Part shown: one piece after another, positions 12,519 to 25,375 of the stretch
Layout: each line of letters starts with the position of its first letter
How positions within the stretch are numbered: position 1 is the stretch's first letter
Assembly (NCBI GenBank): GCA_964016885.1
Contig: OZ024745.1
Coordinates: forward strand, 72,354,001 to 72,418,000
Source of the DNA: Eledone cirrhosa
Taxonomy: Eukaryota
Direction of reading: 5' to 3'
DNA length: 64,000 nt
Made by a program: the position numbers and the translations under genes
Notes under the pieces: model-generated
Database searches by the model: none
What the model saw: the letters and a program-made list of their open reading frames with translations, nothing else
What the model was told of the DNA's origin: nothing

Positions 12519-15500
12519 ATATATAGACGTTATTTATAATATCAATATTCTGGTCACGACCCATGTTAAAATGTTACGCCTTCAAATGTAAATAATCTTA
12601 TCTTTATGTCGATTGTTAATTTTTTATATGGTACTCAGACAGTAGTTGAGGAGGAAAAAGAGTATTAATAGACGGATATGGCGAGGGAGAGAGTGTCTGT
12701 GTGGAAAATATAAGGACGGGCATTTACGCTTAATATTTTTCATATTTTTATCATCCATCCGGGGTCGATGAAATAAAGTACTAGTCAAGTTCGGGGATTG
12801 ATTTAGTCGACTTTACCTTTACCGCCATATTTGCCGGCCTTGTGCCTCCATGTCAAATCACTATTTATCATTTTTTAAATTCCCCCTATAAATTATGGAA
12901 ATCCTAATTTTGCGACAACTTCCATCCTCTTTCTCACCCATTATCATAAAAATATTTACCATAATGAAACAATCAAAATTAAAAATATGACGCTATGAAA
13001 CGCGAAACGTGTAGGTTCGGACTATACCTTATGATTATACATAATCTGCATCGCAATAAATATTGAATTTGGGTGTTTCCACGGGTCGAAGATCGAACTG
13101 TGAACACCATACTGGTAAAAACCAATTAACGGGGTATATTATATCAATCTAATCTCCGCCTTTGTGAATTGGTGTTAAACTAAGAAATAATTATTTAGTT
13201 ACTTCTCTTTACATCCAGGGATTAAAATTCCGATATTTTCAAGTTGATTTTTGTCCTACCACAGTCAATAAAATATGTACTAGAGGCGTTATGATTCAAA
13301 TGACTACAGCTCATACAAACACAAACGAAATTAGTGTCATTGTAATAAAAGGAAATGATTAATGACAATAGAACACATTGCGTTGATAAATGTTAGACTA
13401 ATTGATTTATCAGGCTTGGCTTTGATTTCCAGCTGTAAAACATATTCAGAATTTCCTGCCAAAACCATTAGGAAAACATCAAAAGCTCAATGTAGGGATT
13501 TTCTTATACTAAAACGGTGTATTTTATTAGTGCATCAACGTTTGATATTTATGAAACTGTTTATTTACTTTAGCAAGAAACAAGTCCAATTTGTTTTGAT
13601 GAGAACTCGATATAGTTGTCTGGTAGTTATTGTATCGATTCTCGAAGAAGGAAAGGATGAAATCGACTCTCGAGACACCTGAACTCACCCTATACAGCTT
13701 CAAAGAAAAAAAGTCGTTTTCATTTTGGTTTTTGTTATTTTCCAGATAGATAATTAAACCACTAACCGTTTGTCAGTTCTCTTGTAAATTCAATACTCAG
13801 AACTTAGATTTATTTTTTGCATTGAGCAACAAAGTGCTTTACTAAAGTTCAATCTAGCAACTCATATTCTATCCACTGTTAAATCGTTTCGGATTATTAA
13901 CTCTTAATATCCTGCAATACTTTAGAAGAAAATATCTAAAAACGGGTTTGTTAATTCAAGATATCGCGATAATATAGTTCACTCCTTAATATCGCAGTTG
14001 CAGACTATATCATCTAACTATTCACCAAAACCTTATTAGATACATATGTTGCTCTTAAAATGTTCCTCCATTACTATTCGTTAGCAATGTAAATAATTCA
14101 GCAACCAGTTCAGTCAGTGACGAGAAATAAACAGTCACGTTTAGAAACCTGTACAAGGTCACTTGACATGTTAGAAATAGGAGCAAAGTGTCCCTTAAAT
14201 AAAACTATACTATATTAAATATGGATCAGCGTATTGTCCTAGATACGCTGTCTGACAAACCAATGGGATTGTCACGATTAGACTGTTTTTGATTATAGGT
14301 CTGCTTGATAAGATCCGATGAGGGGTTACAAAATAACGACGGCCAAGCTCAACAAATAGGAATTTTGTTGAATAATTGATATATTTTAAATCGACTGACT
14401 AAAATCGAATTTTTACTACAAAATCCTTATATATAAATATATTTGAAATTAATAGCTCTTTTCTATTCGGTGGCCTAGTTTATAAAGATATATAAGCACT
14501 TTCAATAAATATGAATGAATATTTTACATCCTGTGATAGAAAAATACCGGATGAATTTTAATGAAAAATCTTTCTTTTCAATCTAAAAGATTAATGTTTG
14601 CTTGTAAGTAAAAGCCCCCCCCCCCCAAAAAAAAATTTGAAAAATAAAAATAAACAAATGAATAAATAATTCAAATAAAAAATAATATAATTGTTTCTAC
14701 TTTAGGCACAAGGCCTAAATAAAAAATAATATAATAATCAAAAATAAAGATAAACCTAACCCAAAACATCCACAAACAAACAAGAACACAGAAACATATC
14801 TTTTTTAATTTTAAGATAAACTAGTTATGTGTGATCCAATATTGCTGTTTACCTGGCTTCTGCCTGAAGAAAAGAAAAAGGTGAGATATAGGGAAAAGAA
14901 CAAAAAACAAGGTGAAAAGCAAGGAAGGAAATTAACTACAGTCAGATAGAATGTGAGAGTGGTATAGATAGAATGACGTAGAGAAATGAGTTTTGGGAGG
15001 AATAACAAGTAAGTAGTAAAGCAAACAACGAGAGGCTAATAAACATGAAATTAATCAGACTGATCGCGGTATTTTTCACGACATTTCTAGTGAAAAATTC
15101 TTATCACACCAGCCAGTGTTGATTAGAAGAGGCGCTACTGTAATATGAATAACTAGCTTTTTGTTTTTCATTAACCCTCTTGACAGCTCTGAAATATCGA
15201 TTCATTCAACTGGCAGGTAGAAGATAGCTGAACGTCAGAATAGAATATACATGTTACTGATAAGCATGGAAAATTAAATAAGAGATTAAATACTATTAAT
15301 AAAATTAAATATATCAATGAGATAAAGAAAGAAAGCCATGTAAAATGTCGAATGAAGTTCCCAGTAGATACTTTTCCCCTAAAGCATTCAATATTTATTT
15401 ATTTTATTTACTTTGAATATTCTCTTAATGCAAGGACTGCTAATGGATAAAATACAAATTCATTTGTTTAAAATAAAAGAATAAATAAGCCATTTCAAAA

Positions 15501-15830
15501 AATACATTAACTGGCATGGAAGCAAACCTGGCTGATTGATTAATAAGATCGCTTCGCTATCGTGAGTTCTCAGGTTTGATCCCTATGCGTAGCCTCTTAG
15601 GTAAGTATTTTAACGTTCACCTAGTATCGATCCAAGAGTAAGAATGGGTGGAGAGAAACTGCATGGAAACCAATCGGATGGGCTGTAGCTATAATTATAT
15701 AGCATACATACTGATTCTACCTGCGAATTACGTTAAGGGTACATGTGTTTATGAAGTACTCAACTACTTACATCCCAATTTACGAGAGAGGCATTGAATT
15801 GGTCAATTACCTGAATGCTTATAGTCGAAA

Positions 15831-15836
<6 letters not shown>

Positions 15837-15905
<69 letters not shown>

Positions 15906-15938
15906 TAAATATATATATAAATATATATATATATATAA

Positions 15939-15995
<57 letters not shown>

Positions 15996-16014
15996 AATAT
16001 ATATATATATAAAT

Positions 16015-16047
<33 letters not shown>

Positions 16048-16050
16048 AAT

Positions 16051-16081
<31 letters not shown>

Positions 16082-16148
16082 AATATATATATATATATTT
16101 ATATATATATATATAAATATATATATATAAATATATATATATATAAAT

Positions 16149-16205
<57 letters not shown>

Positions 16206-16214
16206 TATATAAAT

Positions 16215-16261
<47 letters not shown>

Positions 16262-16351
16262 TATATAAATATATATATATAAATATATATATATAAATAT
16301 ATATATATGAATATATGTACATAAATATATATATATAAATATATAAATATA
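15837..16351. repeat. Interrupted (TA)n array
   Basis: Directly visible. Confidence 0.95.
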
Positions 16352-16621
16352 TAGCGGCGATGAATTAGTTTAGCGAGGTTTTTTATATGAAATCGTGTGT
16401 CGAAACAAATATTGTTATACTTGGGGAGGGTCATATTTGTGTAATATTGCCAGAATTAATAACAGAACACACTCACTGTTTGGTTGGTTTTCGCTTCTCG
16501 CTGTCTTTTATATCTGTAATCTAGCTTACTCGGTCCTCAATGTTGCCATTGACTGACCGACGGTCAAAAATAATACAGATACAATATAGACACAAACACA
16601 TATATATAGTTTACATAATTT

Positions 16622-16662
16622 ACATAAATCTTTCGTTGCACATCTGCAACATCGTCAGTGGT
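16622..16662 (-). ncRNA. Hammerhead-like motif in PLE-1 3' UTR
   Basis: CA-CUGACGA-U-GUUGCA GAUG UGCAAC-GAAA-GAUU-UA-UG. Core and 6-bp stem II are intact; stem I is weak. Confidence 0.55.
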
Positions 16663-16938
16663 GTTATATTTTCCCACTGTTGTGTTGTATGTCTACGCCA
16701 TTTTTTATTCAGTCTGTCTATATATTTATATATTTATTTGCTTGTTTGTTTATTTTATTTTGTCTTCTTTGCGCATGCGTTTGCGTGTGTGTATAGTGTT
16801 ATGTTTGCTGTGTGACTAGTGTGTATAGTGTTATGTTTGCTGGGTGACTAGTGTGTGTTTATGTGCTTGTTGTTATTGTGCTTGTGTATGTATTTATTTA
16901 TCTTATTTTATTTATTTTATTTTATTTTATTTACTTAT

Positions 16939-18864
16939 TCATACTTCTCTTAGGTCAGTGTTGTTTGTTTGGGTGTTGTTGTTATTCCACTCATTCTTTC
17001 TGTTTAGCTTTGGTCTTCTAATTTCTATTTCACTGGCCTCTCTGATTTGCCTATCTGCTGGGTCATTTCTATGTTTAGATATTATTCTAATTTCTATGTT
17101 GTCTATGTTACCGTCATGTTGTTGTCTAGCATGTTCGTATAGTACTGACCCGTTTTTTCGTCCTTTTAGTTCCCCCCAGTGTTGGTCTATCCTTTCACCT
17201 ATGCTACGAGCTGTCTCACCTATGTATGTTGTTGTCATGTTTCTGCAAGTACCCTCTGTACATCTTATGCTATAGACTGCGTTTCTAGTTTTACAGTTTA
17301 TCCGGGGGTTCACCTTACATATGATACATTTCCTATTGGTACAGTGAGTTTTCTTAAAAGGGTAGGTTTTGCTGATCAGGGATTTTATGGTGGTTCCTGG
17401 CTTTTCTACCACCTTTATTTTTAAGTGGGTCTTTCTCAGGACCTTTCTACACTGGTTAGCTAATTTTCCTCCAGGGGTGGCATCCACAAACATGACACTC
17501 TGGTATCGTTCGTTGTCGTACCATGATGTGGCTTTCCCTATCTTATGTCTAGCCCTATCTAAGCTATTCCATGATTTGCTCCTGTATAATGGGAAAATTC
17601 CTTTCATGTCCAGTTTTATGAGGGTCTTATCATTTTCCATGGCTCCTTCGTATACTCTGACTCTGTCTCTTTCGTTGTAGCCAGAGAACTGCATGCGGTT
17701 GATGAAGTGTTGGATGTGTCTTTCCATTTCTGTTGGGTCGCACATGCTGGACACATTTTTCATCACTCGTACCAAATCTGAGATCAGAATATTAAACTTA
17801 GCACTACTGGACATTGCTGAGTTTTTGAGTATCAGGTATTTGGAGGCCATGGGTTTAGCATAGTGTGAGTGGAGAATTTGGGCTCTCTCGTCTATAGTGT
17901 TAATCCAGAGTTCTGTGTCTAATACAGGTAGTCTATTGTTAGGGTGTTTGGAAGGGAAGTCGATAGTTACAGTTATACTCTGGTGTATGGAATTAGCTAT
18001 CTGCTGGATGCTATCCATCGTGCTACGTTCTAAATCAAACTTGTTAGTGCTCTCTAGTGGGGGTGTTCTGATAACTATATTGATATCGTCTACATAACGA
18101 GAGTACATGATGAGGTCTATGGAGCTTTCATTAAGGATATCTTTAAGTCTCCTTTCCCACCATACCATGAAAAGGTTGGCAACATCACCAGCTATGCTGA
18201 CGCCGATGGCTGCTCCCTCATTTTGGGTGTAGATTTTCTCATTGAACTTAAATATGTGGCCCTTTAGGGTAGTTTTGATACTAGCCCCTATTGCATGTGC
18301 GACCATTTTTCTTACCTGATCATTGTTTTGGGTGGTCCGTATAGCTTTGGTCCACCCAATCCACCTTCCCATGGGAGTCTTTTTTGCCATTGAGGTTATG
18401 GTGGGGGGGGGGGTCTACCTCTTATAGGTCTACTAGGGCAGAAACATCTAAGGTCATGGCTGTCTAGGTAGTCAGTGTCGTAGGTAAGTCTAAGTAGGAG
18501 GCCCAGTTCGTCTGTGTCGACGTCGCAGAACTCCACCTCACTCTCAATGATCATCTCCACACATCTTTTCACAGCAAAATCAATGTTAATGGATGGGTAC
18601 AGTGACACCACCTCCATGCTGCCTATTATGCAGTTGGATAGGCTCCTGTTTTTGTTGCACTCACTGATTCTGCTGAGGAGGTCCTCTGTACTGTCACATA
18701 CATCTGGGGACATCATGGGGCGTATAACCATTGAGAGGAAGTAGGAGATCCTGTAGTTGCTAGCTATATTAGCTCCGCATACGGGTCTTGTTGGTAGTCC
18801 TGTTGTCGGGTCGTCGACTGTCTTGTGGTCTTTGCGGAGCCCATACAAGGGTGGTATGCCATTG

Positions 18865-18866
<2 letters not shown>
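16939..18866 (-). pseudogene. PLE reverse transcriptase - GIY-YIG endonuclease (frameshift at the G-run near 18403-18413; 16939-18390 open)
   Basis: LYGLRKDHK...TRPVCGA; SMEVVSLYPSI; QNEGAAIGVS; YSRYVDD; LPVLD; CTNRKCIIC; AVYSIRC...TYIGETARSIGERIDQH. Confidence 0.9.
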
Positions 18867-18927
<61 letters not shown>

Positions 18928-19002
18928 TAGTTTCGACTATAACCATTCAGGTAATTGACCAATTCAATCCCTCTCTCGTAAATTATATATATATATATAT
19001 AT

Positions 19003-20096
19003 ATATTTAATACATTAACAGAGAAAGCTTTAAAGCTATACTCTGATTGGCTTCCATCTCACTCAACAAACATTAGGATATACTTTAGTATAATCCCAAT
19101 TTTACGTTTGGGGTGCTAACTATATGTATTTTGCGGATAGCCAGTTGTATTATTTTATATGAGACATAATTAAAATATATCTCCCTTTCCAAACAATTGT
19201 TTCATTATAAGTTTTCTACAATTTGGGAAAAATGTGTCCAGGTTATGTAGAAGCCTACATAGTCCGTAGGAATATATGCAGGTGGGCACTTATAAATCAT
19301 CAGTGGATGCCCGTCAAACATCGATATGAAAAAAACTTTCTTACCGATATCCAATCCAATGTTAGCGATTGTCCCTCTCTGTGTCAAAATGACCGCCAAA
19401 TTTGAAATTCCAGAAGTCTCAGAATGAGAAATTTCACACTGTCATCAAGTGGAAAGGGGAGGTCATCGCGAAACATAAGAAAGTAAAATAATATGCACGC
19501 GGGTCAATTAATTTTTTCAATAATTTTAACCTTGCGTGTGAAGAACTCAATTAGATTTAAAAAAAATAAATATATGCATGTATGATTTATACACGCATAT
19601 ATGTATTTTCTTAGGCTAAAAACAGAGATATGATACCAGAATAACAATCAATATTTCATAGTAATAATAAATACGGAAAGTTATACTTAAAAGGTATCTG
19701 GAAATATTCATCTCTGGCCAAATCAAGAGTATAATATTTAATACATTAACAGAGACAGCTTTAAGCTATACTCTGACTGGCTTCCATCTCACTCAACAAA
19801 CATTAGGATATACCTTAGTATAATCCCAATTTTACGTTTGGGGTGCTAACTATATGTATTTTGCGGATAGCCAGTTGTATTATTTTATATGAGACATAAT
19901 TAAAATATATCTCCCTTTCCAAACAATTGTTTCATTATAAGTTTTCTACAATTTGGGAAAAATGTGTCCAGGTTATGTAGAAGCCTACATAGTTCGTAGG
20001 AATATATGCAGGTGGGCACTTATAAATCATCAGTGGATGCCCGTCAAACATCGATATAAAAAAAAACTTTCTTACCGATATCCAATCCAATGTTAG

Positions 20097-20100
<4 letters not shown>
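19003..20100. repeat. ~367-bp direct duplication (19003-19369 / 19734-20100)
   Basis: Near-identical copies; the whole unit is bounded by (TA)n. Confidence 0.9.
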
Positions 20101-20135
<35 letters not shown>

Positions 20136-20137
<2 letters not shown>

Positions 20138-21360
20138 AAAGAGACAGAATCAGAGTATACGAAGGAGCCACGGAGAAGTATAAGACCCTCATAGAACTGG
20201 ACATGAAAGGAATTTGCCCATTATACAGGAGAAAATCATGGAATAGCTTAGATAGGACTAGACATAAGATAGGGAAAGCCACCTCATGGTACGACAACCA
20301 GAGATACCAGAGTCTCATGTTTGTGGACGCTACCCCTGGAGGGAAATTAGCTAACCAGTGTAGAAAGGCCCTGAGAAAGACCCACTTAAAGATTAAGGTG
20401 GTAGAAAAGCCAGGAACCACCATAAAATCCCTGATCAGCAAAACCTACCTTTTAAAGAAAACCCACTGTACTAATAGGAAATGTATCATATGTAGAGTAA
20501 ACCCCCGGATAAACTGTAAAACTAGAAACGTAGTCTATAGCATAAGATGAACAGAAGGTACTTGCAGAAACATGACAACAACATACATAGGCGAGACAGC
20601 TCGTAGCATAGGTGAAAGGATAGACCAACACTGGGGGAACTAAAAGGACGAAAAAACGGTTCAGTACTATACGAACATGCCAGACAACAACACAACGGTA
20701 ACATAGACAACATAGAAGTTAGAATAATATCTAAACATAGAAATGACCCAGCAGATAGGCAAATCAGAGAGGCCAGTGAAATAGAACTTAGAAGGCCAAG
20801 GCTAAACAGAAAGAATGAATGGAATAACAACACCCAAACAAACAACACTGACCTAAGAGAAGTATAAATAAATAAATAAATAAATAAATAAATACATACA
20901 CAAGCACAATAACAACAAACACATATAAACACACACTAGTAAACTAAGATAGAATACATTAACCAATACACAGTCACCCAAACAAGAACACACATCAAAC
21001 AAAACACTATACGCAAACGCATGCGCAGAGAGAAAAAAAACACAAATAAATAAATAAATAAACAGACTAAATAAAGATGGCGTAAGCATACAATGAAACG
21101 GGAGGAAACATAATAGCAACACTGACGATGTTGCAGATGTGCAATGAAAGAACTTTGATAGACTATATATATGTGTTTGTGTCTATATTGTATCTGCATT
21201 TTTGACCGTTGGTCAGTCAATGGCAACATTGAGGACCGAATAAATTAAATTAACCGATATAAAAGACACAGAAGCGAAAACCAACCAAACAGTGAGTGTG
21301 TTCTGTTATTAATTCTGGCAATATTATTACACAAATATGATCCTCCCCAAGTATAACAAT
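20136..21360 (+). mobile_element. Second, inverted 5'-truncated copy of PLE family 1 (GIY-YIG and 3' UTR)
   Basis: Reverse-complement match to about 16411-17672. Encodes MKGICPLYRRKSWNSLDR...NVVYSIR* with a premature stop. Confidence 0.9.
21117..21158 (+). ncRNA. Hammerhead-like motif (copy in the inverted PLE-1)
   Basis: CA-CUGACGA-U-GUUGCA GAUG UGCAAU-GAAA-GAAC-UU-UG. Confidence 0.45.
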
Positions 21361-21862
21361 ATATATATATATATATTCGCTTTGTGATATTTTGCAATTT
21401 TGCAATATTACACACTGAATTCTTCCGCCAAAAATAAGAGTTGCCTCCCTTGCCGAGCTCCACGTGGGTATTGGTAACGGTCAATCCTTGGCCTGGCACT
21501 TGAACTAAAACCTGTTGAGAAAGTGACTTCCTTGTTCAATCATCTTACCAAAAGCTTAACATTATTTGTCTAAGCGGACAGTACTTGATTTAGGAGTCGC
21601 AGAAACACAAATGCTGGATTTTACCAACCATCCAGGGGTCCGGGTAAATTTTTCAATCACATTTTTTTTATTTATTTGACTCGAATTACTTGGTCGTTTC
21701 TATAGCTGTGCGAATAATGGTTTAACCATCGTCTCAGTGTGTTTGGCCTTTTAACGTATGTTGTAGCTCTGGTTCGTTAGAATTTATTGAGCGCTTGCCA
21801 CACATCTCGGAAGTTGTTTTTCGCTAATTTCCAATAGCCGAAATACGATTCTCACTAATTTC

Positions 21863-21912
<50 letters not shown>

Positions 21913-21947
<35 letters not shown>

Positions 21948-24900
21948 TTTACGTCCGCTTTTCCCTGCTTGCAAGGGTGGGACGGGTCTTATTCAGCACA
22001 TCATCTCTCCACTCGTCACGGTCCCTCGTCATCTCCACCGTGAGCTTCAATGATCTGAGGTCTGTTCTCACCACCTCCGCCCATGTTTTTCGTGGTCTAC
22101 CTCTACCACGTCTTCCTTCAACTGGCAATTCCTGGCACTTCTTCACCCATCGGTCATCCTCCATGCGCATCACATGTCCATACCACCTCAGTCTCCTCTC
22201 CCGTACACTACATTCTATCCCTCTCAGACACAGTTTCTCTCTCAACACATTTATGCTGGGTCGTTCACGCGCATTTACACTGCACATCCAACGGAGCATG
22301 CTTGCCTCATTTCTCTCCAGCCGTTGCATATCCTCTGCAGTTGCTGCCCATGTCTCACTACCATGCAGCATCGCGCTCCTCACACAGGCATCATACAACC
22401 GGCCTTTTGTACGCAGGGAGAAACCCTTCTTCGTCAACAGACGAAGCAGCTCCCTAAACTTCTTCCAACCCGTCCTTATTCTAGATACTATGCCCCTCGG
22501 AACACCCTCCTCCCATGCTAATCTGATCTCCTAGGTACCGGAAGCTATCCACCACTTCTATAGCGCCCTCTTGCATTTGAAAAATGTGTCTATCAGTGCG
22601 ACTTCTACTGTCTAATTTCCCTGTACATCTACTGCATACATATTTCTCCCTACCTGTTAGTTTGCCTGCTATCCCGCTACATCTCTTGTGTACCCAGGAT
22701 CTGCATTGTGTGCATTTTATAGAATTTATGCCAGTTCCTTTTCTGCATATCGAACATGGCCATTTCCCTGACGGAATCAGGGTTTTGTCCTCTTTTCTAC
22801 TCATCAACACTTTTGTCTTAGCTAGATTCACTCTCAGTCCTCTTGCTTCTTACTGCTGTTTCCATAGCCAGAATTTATTCTCTAGCTCCTCTACTGATTC
22901 TGCTATAAGAACCAGATCGTCAGCATAGAGAAGTTTCCATGGACAGCCAGTCTTAAACTCCTCTGTTATGGCTTGGAGGACTATAATGAACAAGAGCGGG
23001 CTGAGGACCGACCCTGATGTACTCCTACTTGTATCTGGAATTCCTCACTAAACTCCATTCCTACCCTGACTTTACTTAGAGTACCTCTGTACAAAGTTTG
23101 CATTGTCCTCACAAGCCATTCCTCAACACCTAGCTTCCTTAGGGACCACCAGATGACAGATCGGGGTACCCTATCAAAGGCCTTCTCTAGGTCAACATAG
23201 GCTAAGTATAGTGGCTTATTCTTCTCTAAGAACCTCTATTGCAATTGTCTCACCAAGAAGAGGGATTCTGTTGTACTCTTCCCAGGCACAAAACCAAACT
23301 GCATCTCATCTAGTTTGACCCTTTCTCTAATTAGTTGTGCTAAAATCCTTTCTGCCACTTTCATAACCTGATCTATCAGTTTTATACCCCTATAATTTCT
23401 CCTCTCCAAAGCATCCCCTTTACCTTTGTAGCAATTTATGAGAATACTGCTGCACCAGTCTTTGGGTATGACACCACCATATATAGCCTGATTGATGATG
23501 CCTGCAACCAGTTTATTGCCTACGTCCCCTGATGCCTTCAGCATCTCAGCAACTATTCCCGATGGTCCGGCAGCCTTACCATTTTTCATTTCCCTAATCG
23601 CCTCTTGGACCCTATATTCGTCAATCTCAATAGCTGGTCCCTCTGTCGGATCTACCAAGGGTAATTTCTCTCTCGCCCATTCGTTCTCCACATTCATCAG
23701 TCTCTCATAATGACATTTCCAGGCCTCCTTTTTCTGATCATTCGTGACACTAAGTACACCGGCATCATCCCGGACACATTTATCTCCAACAACATCCTGA
23801 TTTGCATTGACACACTGCCTTGCAATGTGGAACACCGCACGCCTCTGATCTTCCCGTCGCAGAACATTGGCAAACCTCCTACTCTCTGCCTCCCTGCGTG
23901 CTAAGTACACCTGACGTCTAGCTTCTCTCTTAGTGGCTGTATATTCTTCCCTACTCCCACCCTTTTTCCAAGCCTTCCATGCTAGTCTTTTGTCTCTAAT
24001 AGCCTTATCTACTGTGCTGTTCCACCACCAGGTCACTCTCTGTCTGGTTGGAGCTCTGCTCCAGCCACAGGTTTCATCAGTAGCCTGCAGCAAGTTATCA
24101 CGTAAGAAATTCCAGTTATTATCTATGTCATACGTCTCTAAATCGTCTTCTTTTTCGTCATATACATCTTGAAGGGCTTTCCTAAATTTGTATTTTAGTG
24201 AAAGGTCTTTTAGCTTCCAGACCTTTCTTCTCCACACCTTCCTATACGTCTCATTCCATCTCTTGCTTACTGAGATATCACTAACAACTAACCTATGTTG
24301 TGGAGTACATTCTTCCCCAGGGTATGCCTTGGTATTAGACACTATCTGCCTGTCCCGCTGCCTAACTAGCAGGAAGTCAATCTGGCTTATGTGCTCACCA
24401 GATTTGTAGGTTATTAGGTGATTGGCAGGTTTCTGGAAGTTTGTGTTGCAAATAGTCAATGTACCCGCATCACAAAATTCAAGAAATCTCACTCCTTCTT
24501 CATTTCTTGAACCGTAACCGTGCCCACCATGTACCCCAGTGTAACCATCCTGGAGCTGTCCAACATGACCATTGAAGTCTCCTGCTAGCATAACGATGTA
24601 TCCGTCCTCTGTCATTGCGGTTGTTTGCAAAAGTTGCTCATAAAAGCAGTCTTTCTCATCTTTGCCTAGGCCTGCTTGGGGAGCATAGGCCGAGATGATT
24701 GTCAGTAGTCTCCTACCTACAACTAATCTAAGCTTAATTATTCGATTACTAACTCGAACTACCTCTATTGTCTTATTGATCCATTTTTCAGCCAGGAAAA
24801 TGCCTACTCCCCCTAGCCCATCATCCTTACCTACCTACAATAGCTTATAGCTAAGACGCTTGCCTACGACTAGTCTCGCAGAAGCACCTCTCCATCTCAC

Positions 24901-25190
24901 CTCTTGCACGCAGCACACATCCACCTGCCTTCTCTCCAGCATCTCCACTATTTCAGCAGATCTACCTCTGAGAGTGCCCACATTAAGTGTTGCAACTCTG
25001 AGATGCGACGTCTTCATATTTTGTTGTTGTTCCTATTTGTTGCTGTGCTGATAAGCGTTTTAGCATTGATACACTGGTTGGATGCCCTTCCTAACACCAA
25101 CGCCACTTTACAGCATGGACTGGGTGCTTTTATTTGTGCCACCAGCACTAGAGAGGATGTCTTACTAGACCTTCATTTTACAGCATGGTC
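21913..25190 (-). mobile_element. Near-full-length RTE-clade LINE
   Basis: Single APE+RT ORF, (GAT)n 3' tail at 21913-21947, and a 5' UTR containing TTGGTGTTAGGAAGGGCATCCAACC. Confidence 0.92.
21949..25017 (-). pseudogene. RTE ORF (AP endonuclease + reverse transcriptase), disrupted
   Basis: LRVATLNVGTL, CCVQEVRW, AGDFNGHVG, IDFLL, QHRLV; GKAAGPSGI, NYRGIKL, QFGFVPG, VDLEKAFDRV, HQGSVLSP, YADDL, RRLRWYGHVMR, RGRGRPRKTW. In-frame TAG at 24835 and 23236; frameshifts near 23010 and 22495. Confidence 0.92.
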
Positions 25191-25284
25191 AAAAAAAAAA
25201 AAAAAAAAACTTATTGACACGACGCACACACAAACACTCATGCATACAAACCACAACCACACACACGCCACTCATATATGTATA

Positions 25285-25375
<91 letters not shown>

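Larger units (their letters stand above)
16352..18866 (-). mobile_element. Penelope-like retroelement family 1 (5'-truncated; Cys-rich linker, Neptune-like by inference)
   Basis: RT plus C-terminal GIY-YIG ORF, 3' UTR with a hammerhead motif, bounded by (TA)n on both sides. Confidence 0.9.

Noticed and set aside
12955-13020. GAAA-CGTG-TA-GG resembling a hammerhead 3' half
   Set aside because: The CUGANGA core and stem II are not recoverable.
16844-24409. Plus-strand ORFs overlapping PLE-1 and the RTE
   Set aside because: Antisense shadows of the retroelement coding frames.
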